From positions 992,001-1,056,000 of the forward strand of contig CBDCUI010000008.1 of assembly GCA_965222615.1 (NCBI GenBank): a stretch of 64,000 nucleotides of DNA, given 5' to 3'. The notes below the pieces were generated by a model that had not been told where the DNA came from, ran no database searches, and saw nothing but the letters and a program-made list of their open reading frames with translations. Shown piece after piece: positions 56,292 to 64,000 of the stretch (the first letter of the stretch is position 1; every line of letters starts with the position of its first letter). Source of the stretch: Gammaproteobacteria bacterium. Lineage in GTDB: Bacteria > Pseudomonadota > Gammaproteobacteria > UBA4575. Made by a program: the position numbers and the translations under genes.

Positions 56292-58362
56292 TAAATTGTA
56301 TTTAGGCAAACTATTTTATGCTTGGTTATGCATATTGCCATTACTATTATTTTTTATTCCGTGGACATATGCGAACTCTCTTCAATTTAAAACTTCAATT
56401 TTAGTAGATCATGTTGAAGGTCATGGTTTTGAATTAGAAGGGATAAAAATCATCTTTGACGTACAAGCAAAGAATGTTTCAAGTTATATAGTCGAAATAC
56501 AGTCGGCTTTATTACCAGTACAAAAAAGCCGGATTAAAGACATTGCCTTTACATGTAATGAGGGGCTGTTTTCGCAGCAGGAAATATCATGTATTGATGG
56601 TATGTTGTCATTTAAGGATCCGGTTATTACAGCAGACTCCTCACCAATAAACTTTCATATCAAAAAAAATGGAGAATATTCTCTCAGGATAGATTCAATT
56701 CAACTCGCGGGTGGTTTTACATCAGTTGATATGACTATGCAGCATGATAAATGGGTAGCTAATTTAAGTACACGGAATGTTTCTCTAGCTAAATTACAAT
56801 CTGTTCACCCCTATCTATCTGAGTTGTCTCTAGTAGGAAATTTGCAAGGCAGCTTGAGATTAGATGGCTACCGTTCAGTGATTCAAGCCATCATGGGTAA
56901 TGCGGAAGTGACAGGTTTAGATTTCTCCAATCAGGAAAGCACTAGCGTTGGAGAAGATGTTGCCGCTAAATTTTCTTTTAAGGCGCATCGAATAGATCAA
57001 TTGTGGAGAAGTGATATTTCATCCACAGTTTTTGCTGGCGAACTTTATTTCGATCCTATATTTATCGATGCAAATGAAAGCCCTAAGGATGTATATGGAG
57101 AGATTGCATGGGAAGTGCATACAAATAATATACAACTTGTCCCTCTGCATATGGAAGATCAGAATGCCGGTCACATGAAAATTTCAACCACATTTAATAT
57201 AGAAGAAAAGAAACCAATTGCACCCATAGAGCTAAATATTGAATATGCGATTTTGCCACAGGCATATAAAACTTATATGCAGCCATTTTTTTTAGATACA
57301 AATTTGGCTGATTTAACTACAAGCGGATCGCTGTCAGGCTCTGTAGAAATAGATGATGTGAATATAAGTGATGCGAATTTTGATCTTAATAGAGTTTCAT
57401 TTATTGATAAACAAAAACGGTTTGCACTTTTGAATTTAGATGGAAACATTGGATGGGGCGAGCGCTATATCGATACTGATTATAAGATGGAATTTGAGTC
57501 AGCTAACATTTATAAACTTCGCTTGGGGAAAACTGCGTTTTCATTTTCTAATCAGGGGGATTCGCTAAAATTAAATCAAGTAGCAAATGTACCTGTCTTA
57601 AATGGGGCGCTGAATATAGAATCATTTATAGTGTCTAATCCTGGTAAAGATGATCAAAGCATATCTTTAGATTTAAGCTTGATTCCCGTTTCTATGGCAA
57701 AATTGTCTTCAGTATTTGCTTGGCCTGAATTAAGTGGCGATCTTGCAGGTTATGCGCCGAATGTCACATATAAGCAAGGCGACTTGGATGTACAAGGAGC
57801 ATTATTAGTTAGGGCATTTAATGGGACAACCACTATTCATAATTTAAGGGCGCATGATTTATTTAGTGTAACGCCAAAACTATTTGCAGATATTAAAATT
57901 CAAAATCTCAATTTGGGGTCATTGACGGAAACATTCTCGTTTGGTGAGATCACTGGAAAACTAAATGGTTACATAAATAATTTGCAATTTGTTAACTGGC
58001 AACCTATACAATTTGATGCTTGGCTTGGGACTCCTGAAAATGATAAGTCCCGTCACAGAATTAGCCAAAAGGCGGTAGACAATCTCACGCAGATAGGTAA
58101 TGGTGCATCTAATATTTTTTCTAAAAGTTTTCTGCGGTTTTTTGATAGTTTTGGCTATGATCGTCTAGGCATAGGGTGTCGGCTATATAACTCTATCTGT
58201 GAAATGCGCGGAGTTGCGAATAGAGATAATGGTTTTTATATTGTAAAAGGAAGTGGAGTTCCAAGGATTGATATAATTGGATTCACAGAAAAAGTATCTT
58301 GGCCAGTATTAATAGCACGATTAAAGCGGGTGATAAGTACTCAGGATATTGTGGTTCAATAG
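56281..58362 (+). CDS. YdbH-like intermembrane transport protein
   Basis: Beta-rich exported protein, FG.ITG.L.G, ISQKAVDNL; precedes YdbL-like gene; start uncertain. Confidence 0.6.
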   Translation: MRRNKLYLGKLFYAWLCILPLLLFFIPWTYANSLQFKTSILVDHVEGHGFELEGIKIIFDVQAKNVSSYIVEIQSALLPVQKSRIKDIAFTCNEGLFSQQEISCIDGMLSFKDPVITADSSPINFHIKKNGEYSLRIDSIQLAGGFTSVDMTMQHDKWVANLSTRNVSLAKLQSVHPYLSELSLVGNLQGSLRLDGYRSVIQAIMGNAEVTGLDFSNQESTSVGEDVAAKFSFKAHRIDQLWRSDISSTVFAGELYFDPIFIDANESPKDVYGEIAWEVHTNNIQLVPLHMEDQNAGHMKISTTFNIEEKKPIAPIELNIEYAILPQAYKTYMQPFFLDTNLADLTTSGSLSGSVEIDDVNISDANFDLNRVSFIDKQKRFALLNLDGNIGWGERYIDTDYKMEFESANIYKLRLGKTAFSFSNQGDSLKLNQVANVPVLNGALNIESFIVSNPGKDDQSISLDLSLIPVSMAKLSSVFAWPELSGDLAGYAPNVTYKQGDLDVQGALLVRAFNGTTTIHNLRAHDLFSVTPKLFADIKIQNLNLGSLTETFSFGEITGKLNGYINNLQFVNWQPIQFDAWLGTPENDKSRHRISQKAVDNLTQIGNGASNIFSKSFLRFFDSFGYDRLGIGCRLYNSICEMRGVANRDNGFYIVKGSGVPRIDIIGFTEKVSWPVLIARLKRVISTQDIVVQ

Positions 58363-58444
58363 GTAAAGGTGCAAATAATGTGCAAGGGAACTTATTCAAT
58401 TCCAAAGATATCTAACACAAACAAAATTCGGGAAAAAATTTGTT

Positions 58445-59059
58445 ATGAATATTAAGCAACGCAAATCAATTTTTAGTAGTTTTGTATTAGCATTTTTACT
58501 TTCGGCATGTGTCACTATAAATATTTATTTTCCTGCTGCAGCGGCAGAAGATGCAGCACGGATAATAGTACGTGATGTACTCGATGAAGGTGAAGCAAGT
58601 GAATCAACCACTACAGGCGAAGAGACAAGTTACCAAGTACCTCATGTTACCTTGCATTATTTTGCTGCTTTGCTTCTAGATGTTTTAATTTCACCTGCAT
58701 ATGCTGAAGCAGATATCAATATTAATACGCCTGCTATTGCTACTTTGCGTGCGAGTATGAAAAGCCGTGCGTCTAGCTTAAAAACTTATTACGCAAATGG
58801 TGCGGTTGGTTTAACCACAGATGCAAATGTGCAGATAAGAGATCTTTCCGTGATACCACTAAAAGACCGCAATACTGTAAAGAAATTGGTAGCTGATGAA
58901 AATCGTGAGCGTGGCGCATTGTATGCCGAGATTGCGAGAGCCAATAACCACCCGGAATGGGAAGCCGATATTCGTGCAACCTTTGCTAAAGTGTGGGTGG
59001 AAGAGGTTCCTGCTGGCACCTGGTATCAGGCAGCTGATGGTAGTTGGGTGCAAAAATAA
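58445..59059 (+). CDS. YdbL/DUF1318 family lipoprotein
   Basis: LSACVTINIYFP, EN..R..LY.EIA, WYQ..DG.W. Confidence 0.85.
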   Translation: MNIKQRKSIFSSFVLAFLLSACVTINIYFPAAAAEDAARIIVRDVLDEGEASESTTTGEETSYQVPHVTLHYFAALLLDVLISPAYAEADININTPAIATLRASMKSRASSLKTYYANGAVGLTTDANVQIRDLSVIPLKDRNTVKKLVADENRERGALYAEIARANNHPEWEADIRATFAKVWVEEVPAGTWYQAADGSWVQK

Positions 59060-59305
59060 CTTATTTTGCTAAGTGTGGTTTAAAATCTTCCTATAAACTG
59101 ATCTAAGTTAAACCGTCTATACAAGCGGATACTTGTAGGGTTTTAACGAATTTTTCAACTGCTGTGGTTTTTACTGGCCATTCCTATTGTCTGATTGAAG
59201 CTACCTTTGAGTGTTGGAGCAATAAATCCATCTTGCTTTACATTTGCTATCCATGTATCTGCTACAATTTGTATAACCTTCACATAGAGTGTCTAATAAT
59301 ATCTT

Positions 59306-60691
59306 ATGCTTAAAGAGAAAATTAATGAGCTTATTTGGCAGGCTGACATTAAAGAAATGCCGTGGTGGAAGGCTTGGCCATTAAGCATTGTTCGCTTTAT
59401 ACATGTCATATTGATTGACTTTATGGATGGCCAATTAAATTTACGTGCAATGAGCCTTGTGTTTACTACAATGCTTTCTATTGTTCCGGTCATTGCTGTT
59501 AGTTTCACTGTGGCAAAAGCCTTTGGTATGCATAACCATATGGAACCATTATTGCTAAATTATTTAGCGCCGTTGGGTGAACAAGGAAAAGAGATTGCCC
59601 AGCAGATAATGGGGTTTGTTGATAACATCAAAGTAGGCATATTGGGAGGAATTGGTTTAGCCTTATTGTTTTTAATTATAATCAGGCTAATACAAAAAAT
59701 TGAATATGCATTTAATTATACTTGGAGGGTTAAACATACTGGTTCTTTAGTACGAAGAATAGGAAATTACTTGATAGTAAGTATAGTAGGGCCACTATTA
59801 GTTTTCATAGCACTTGCAGTAACGGGCTCTGTTATGAACAGCTCAATCGCGCAAGCCATTATTTCTATGGAACCATTTGGGACGCTATTAAGTATTGGAA
59901 CAAAGCTTGTTCCATATTTGTTAATTATTGCAGCATTCACTTTTACTTATCTGTTTATACCTAATGCTAAGGTAAGGGTTGTCCCGGCATTGATAGGAGG
60001 AATAACTGCTGGAGTATTATGGCAGACGGTAGGTTGGGCTTTTGCAACCATTTTTTCCGCATCGATTTCAACAAGCTATACAGCGATATATTCAAGTTTT
60101 GCTTTTTTGTTTGTTTTTATGATCTGGTTATGGTGGAGTTGGTTAATACTTCTTGTTGGTTCAAGTGTTGCTTTTTATAAGCAATATCCTGAATACCTAT
60201 TTATTAATACACATAATTTATCTTTGACCAACAAACAAAAGGAAGAGCTTGCCTTAAAGTTAATGACGGTTATTGGTCAGCAGTTTTATAGAAACTCTCC
60301 CCCGATATCCGTAAATGATCTTGTAGAAATTTTGCATCTTCCTAAACAATGCATTGAACAACAGCTGCAGTTATTTGAATCCCATGGCTTGCTGATAAAG
60401 ATAGATTCAGACATACCAACTTATACACCAGCAAGACCGTTGGAGGAATTGAGCTTGAAAACGGTTGTTGACACCGTACGCGAACCTGGTCCAAATAGTC
60501 ATATTAAATCTGCATTAACACAGAAATTTCCTAGTATAAACTCTTTGCTAGGGAATTTAGATAAAGAGATAGGCCAGATCTTAGACAATAAAACAATGAA
60601 AGAGATTATCAAACAGCAAGATACGGATTCTAAGTATAATGATAATGCAGTGACTCCAATTACCTCAGGAATGAAAAGCAAAAATGAATAG
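59306..60691 (+). CDS. YihY/BrkB membrane protein with C-terminal wHTH
   Basis: RAMSLVFTTMLSIVP, IEYAFN.TW, LARP-like tail. Confidence 0.88.
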   Translation: MLKEKINELIWQADIKEMPWWKAWPLSIVRFIHVILIDFMDGQLNLRAMSLVFTTMLSIVPVIAVSFTVAKAFGMHNHMEPLLLNYLAPLGEQGKEIAQQIMGFVDNIKVGILGGIGLALLFLIIIRLIQKIEYAFNYTWRVKHTGSLVRRIGNYLIVSIVGPLLVFIALAVTGSVMNSSIAQAIISMEPFGTLLSIGTKLVPYLLIIAAFTFTYLFIPNAKVRVVPALIGGITAGVLWQTVGWAFATIFSASISTSYTAIYSSFAFLFVFMIWLWWSWLILLVGSSVAFYKQYPEYLFINTHNLSLTNKQKEELALKLMTVIGQQFYRNSPPISVNDLVEILHLPKQCIEQQLQLFESHGLLIKIDSDIPTYTPARPLEELSLKTVVDTVREPGPNSHIKSALTQKFPSINSLLGNLDKEIGQILDNKTMKEIIKQQDTDSKYNDNAVTPITSGMKSKNE

Positions 60692-60737
60692 AGGTTATGT
60701 AGTTACTTTGGCTATATTTGCCAAAAGGTAAGTAATA

Positions 60738-61094
60738 ATGACAGAGCCTGTAATAGAAGAACTAAAATTAAAACTCAGAGAATTTGCGCAAGAGCGTGAT
60801 TGGGAAAAGTTCCATAGCCCAAAAAATCTTTCCATGGCCTTGTCTGTAGAAGCGTCTGAACTAGTGGAGAATTTTCAATGGATGACAGAAAAGCAAAGTT
60901 TTAATCTTGATCCAAAACGTCATGCAGCCGTAGCATTTGAGCTTGCAGACATATTTATTTTTTTGCTAAGACTATCAGATCAGTTAAATGTAGATTTAAT
61001 GGAAGTAACAAAACGCAAAATGGAGCTTAATAATAAACGTTATCCTATAGACATGGTCAAAGGCAGTTCTAAAAAATATAGTGAATATGAATAG
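60738..61094 (+). CDS. MazG-like nucleotide pyrophosphohydrolase
   Basis: RDWEKFHSPKNL, EASEL, ELAD, N..RYP. Confidence 0.9.
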   Translation: MTEPVIEELKLKLREFAQERDWEKFHSPKNLSMALSVEASELVENFQWMTEKQSFNLDPKRHAAVAFELADIFIFLLRLSDQLNVDLMEVTKRKMELNNKRYPIDMVKGSSKKYSEYE

Positions 61095-61169
61095 CTAGAT
61101 AAACGTTTCATCTAGTTTTCAACAAAATAATAATTCTGAAACTAATCTTTAACTTTCTAATGCTTAGTT

Positions 61170-62351
61170 GTGTCTGAACCACTGCAAAATTTATTTGTCA
61201 ATGAAAGCAATTTGACTATTTTAGGTACTGCGCACGTGTCACGTGCAAGTGCAGATACTGTGCAAAAAATGGTACGTTCTGAAAGGTTTGACGTAGTTTG
61301 TATAGAACTTTGTCAAAGTCGTTTCAATTCTATTATGCAACCTAATTCATTGGCAGAAATGGATTTGTTTAATGTTATACGCCAAGGTAAAGCAAGCATG
61401 GTAACCGCGAGCCTGGCCTTAGGAGCTTATCAGCAAAGATTAGCCGAACAACTTGGAATAGAGCCTGGCAAAGAAATGAAAACTGCTATTGTGGAAGCAG
61501 AAAAATTGGGCTTACCACTAATTTTAATAGATCGAGAAGTAGGGACTACACTTAAGCGTGTTTATCACAATGTACCTTTTTGGAAAAGAATTTATTTGTT
61601 TGCAGGATTATTTGGCAGTGTCTTATCTCGTGATGAAGTTTCAGAAGAAGAGATTGAAAAATTAAAGAGTGGGGACATATTAGAGACCACTTTCACACAG
61701 TTTTCTGAAGATGCAAAAGAGTTATTCATACCTTTGATTGATGAGAGAGATCGGTACATGGCTGCAAAATTATTACAAGTCACTGAAGATCATAGCAGTC
61801 GTAACATACTAGCCGTTGTAGGCGCTGGCCATATTAAAGGTATGAAAAATTATTTAGAAAGCACTAATTTGGATGCTGAAAATACGATTAAAAATTTAGA
61901 TGCGGTACCTAAAAAAGCATCATGGCTTAAGTTAATTCCGTGGATAATTGTTGGGTTAGTATTTGTGGGATTTTTTCTTGGTTTTAGAAAAAGCCCAGAT
62001 CTTGGTTGGAGTTTAATTGGGCAATGGATTGTAATTAATGGTGGACTATCTGCATTAGGTGCCGCAATAGCAGGTGCTCATATTTTAACAATTTTGGTTG
62101 CTTTTTTAGCTGCTCCAATTACGTCATTAAATCCAACCATTGGTGCTGGTATGGTAACGGCGGCTATGGAATTGTTTCTCCGCAAGCCTGCAGTTAAAGA
62201 TTTTGGAGAACTGCGTAAAGACACAACTACAATTAAAGGTTGGCGCAAGAATAGAGTAGCTAGAATACTATTAATATTTCTTCTAAGCAGCTTGGGTTCT
62301 GCGATTGGAACCTATGTGGCAGGGTTTAGGATATTTAATCAAATAACCTAA
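61170..62351 (+). CDS. TraB/GumN family protein
   Basis: GTAHVS, ELC..R, LIDERDRYMA, VVGAGH. Confidence 0.92.
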   Translation: MSEPLQNLFVNESNLTILGTAHVSRASADTVQKMVRSERFDVVCIELCQSRFNSIMQPNSLAEMDLFNVIRQGKASMVTASLALGAYQQRLAEQLGIEPGKEMKTAIVEAEKLGLPLILIDREVGTTLKRVYHNVPFWKRIYLFAGLFGSVLSRDEVSEEEIEKLKSGDILETTFTQFSEDAKELFIPLIDERDRYMAAKLLQVTEDHSSRNILAVVGAGHIKGMKNYLESTNLDAENTIKNLDAVPKKASWLKLIPWIIVGLVFVGFFLGFRKSPDLGWSLIGQWIVINGGLSALGAAIAGAHILTILVAFLAAPITSLNPTIGAGMVTAAMELFLRKPAVKDFGELRKDTTTIKGWRKNRVARILLIFLLSSLGSAIGTYVAGFRIFNQIT

Positions 62352-62377
62352 TAAAGCAGGGTTTACATAGCTTAATG

Positions 62378-63397
62378 TGTGTGATTCACAGACATGGTTT
62401 CAAATTTCTGACTTGTAAATCTAGCTGGTAGTTAGCTTCTTGTATACGTTCTTTTTCAGGATGATAGTCTTTTAGGACTTCTTCTCTAAGAGGGGTTTTA
62501 TCCAGTAAGTGGCAAACTTTCTCCATAGGGGTTTTGCCTTTTAAGGAGCCATGTGTACGTTGCCAATTATAGTAGTGTTGCCATTCTGGAAGAGTGAGTT
62601 GCAACTCATCAAGATCAAGTTTTGCGGTTGCGTAAAATTCTTCTTTATCAGTTCGTTGAGAGCGTTCAACTTTACCGTTAAGATGAGGGGAGCCAGGTTT
62701 ATTGGGCCTGAATTTAATGCCGTGTTCTATCATTTTTTCTTGAACCTTTACAGCAAAAAACTCACGCCCTCGATCTGTTTGTATACGTTGAATAGGAAAA
62801 GGCATCTCTTCAATCACTTGTTCTAGAAATTGCAATGTATTGGCTGCTGTACGTCTTGAGAAGGCTGCTAAAACCCTGTATCTAGAGCAATCATCAATCG
62901 CCGTGTATTGGTAAATACCATGTGTAATTTTACTGGTATCCATCTGTATGCGATCACCAGGTATCGGCCTTTGATATCGAATATAGCCCGCTTTCTTTCG
63001 ATTACGCTTAAGTGGCTTAACGTGATGCTTAGTCAGTATTTTGTGAATCGTTGCTAGTGATAAAGAGTAGTCATGCTCACGTAAAAGTTCGTTTTGAATA
63101 CGTCTTGCACCGAGTTTACGCTGCTTTCTAAGGCTCAGTATCCAAGCTTCTTCTTGTTGACCAACTTTTGTATTAGGTGAGTGATGAGGCCGTCTACTGC
63201 AATCTCGTAAACCATTTAAGCCATCTTTCTCATAACGCTTCAACCATTTGCGTAAAGTGGGTCTTGAAATACCACAACGACGACAAACTAACCCTGCATT
63301 TTGGGTTTCCATATACAGGTCAACCCATACCAATCTTTGTTTTACTTGCTTGTTCATAGGCATCCATTTTAGTGAAAGGATGTCTGTGAATCACACA
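62378..63397 (-). mobile_element. IS481-family insertion sequence (1020 bp)
   Basis: 18-bp perfect IR TGTGTGATTCACAGACAT (62378-62395 / 63380-63397), TGT..ACA ends, flanks TTAATG / CTAATG. Confidence 0.92.
62386..63363 (-). CDS. IS481-family DDE transposase
   Basis: HTH, QMD, AIDDCSR, QTDRGREF, NGKVER. Confidence 0.93.
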   Translation of the reverse strand: MPMNKQVKQRLVWVDLYMETQNAGLVCRRCGISRPTLRKWLKRYEKDGLNGLRDCSRRPHHSPNTKVGQQEEAWILSLRKQRKLGARRIQNELLREHDYSLSLATIHKILTKHHVKPLKRNRKKAGYIRYQRPIPGDRIQMDTSKITHGIYQYTAIDDCSRYRVLAAFSRRTAANTLQFLEQVIEEMPFPIQRIQTDRGREFFAVKVQEKMIEHGIKFRPNKPGSPHLNGKVERSQRTDKEEFYATAKLDLDELQLTLPEWQHYYNWQRTHGSLKGKTPMEKVCHLLDKTPLREEVLKDYHPEKERIQEANYQLDLQVRNLKPCL

Positions 63398-64000
63398 CTA
63401 ATGGTTACGATCTACAAATGAGCTTGATTTATGCGATGTTAAAATTTTAGCTAAATCAGTTGCAATATTTGCAGTTTCGTCAAGTAAAACATCAATATAT
63501 TCATCATCATCATCAAGCTTATTTAAATTATCTTCGGTGTTTTTTAAGTAGTTTTGATACTTAGAACGTGTAGACTCATACAACTCGTATTCTTTCCTTC
63601 GTTTAGACTCAAGTAATGAAACCGTTTCTTGATTTCTTAATTTAAAATCTAGCTCTAATAATTTTACTAGCGAATTAAATTTTTCGTCTTTTCTAATGCG
63701 GGCAGTATGTAAACTCGAAGTATTTCTAATGATCTGATCATTAACTGAGCCATAATGATAGTTAACTGGAGAAATTGAACTCCATGGCAACGCATTTTTA
63801 AGTGCGCGTTCACCATATTTCTCTCCTGAAAAAATTGTATTGAAATCGATGTCTGGTTCAACACCACGATGTTGTGTACTGCCTCCATTAACTCTAAAAT
63901 ATTGTGCAATAGTTGCTTTTAATTGCCCGAGTTTTTCATCACGTTTAGCATCAAAATTATTTAAATCGACTAATTGTTGTACAGTACCTTTCCCAAATGT
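63398..64000 (-). CDS. prc: Tail-specific protease Prc (3' part; runs off window)
   Basis: Frame open to base 64000: TFGKGTVQ..GQLKATIAQYFRVNGGSTQHRGVEPDI..GERALKNALPW. Confidence 0.88.
   Translation of the reverse strand, partial: TFGKGTVQQLVDLNNFDAKRDEKLGQLKATIAQYFRVNGGSTQHRGVEPDIDFNTIFSGEKYGERALKNALPWSSISPVNYHYGSVNDQIIRNTSSLHTARIRKDEKFNSLVKLLELDFKLRNQETVSLLESKRRKEYELYESTRSKYQNYLKNTEDNLNKLDDDDEYIDVLLDETANIATDLAKILTSHKSSSFVDRNH

Noticed and set aside
63398-63909. Stand-alone 130-aa and 80-aa hypothetical ORFs
   Set aside because: The 130-aa frame continues to the window edge as Prc; the 80-aa ORF is an off-frame overlap.

Overview
AT-rich gammaproteobacterial chromosome segment, mostly housekeeping genes: recA(partial)-recX-alaS-lysC-csrA, msrPQ, a glycerol-phosphate cluster, lexA-dinB, dps, PAS-GGDEF-EAL, ECF sigma/anti-sigma, sat, fadBA, msrB, dsbB, a MetX-family acyltransferase, gltA, mobAB, moeB, an IS481-family element and the 3' part of prc. 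Three tRNA genes are present: Arg-ACG, Ser-GCT and the less common Arg-TCG. Main observations: (1) each tRNA is followed by a homologous structured trailer carrying an antisense copy of its own T-arm and several CsrA-consensus GGA hairpins, two of these trailers lying next to csrA; (2) an orphan RiPP-like cassette (Tat/YxxPxL-leader, Arg-rich, Ser-terminated peptide + RRE-HprK-like kinase fusion + nucleotidyltransferase) with no lasso cyclase or peptidase in the window; (3) a candidate ~60-nt sRNA complementary to the csrA leader; (4) a lexA-dinB operon with an alphaproteobacterial-type LexA box and a tandem 50-bp repeat of the dinB 3' end. Also seen: a MITE-like repeat, small membrane-peptide ORFs and two pseudogenes. 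All calls are from reading the sequence by eye; no database searches or folding programs were run.
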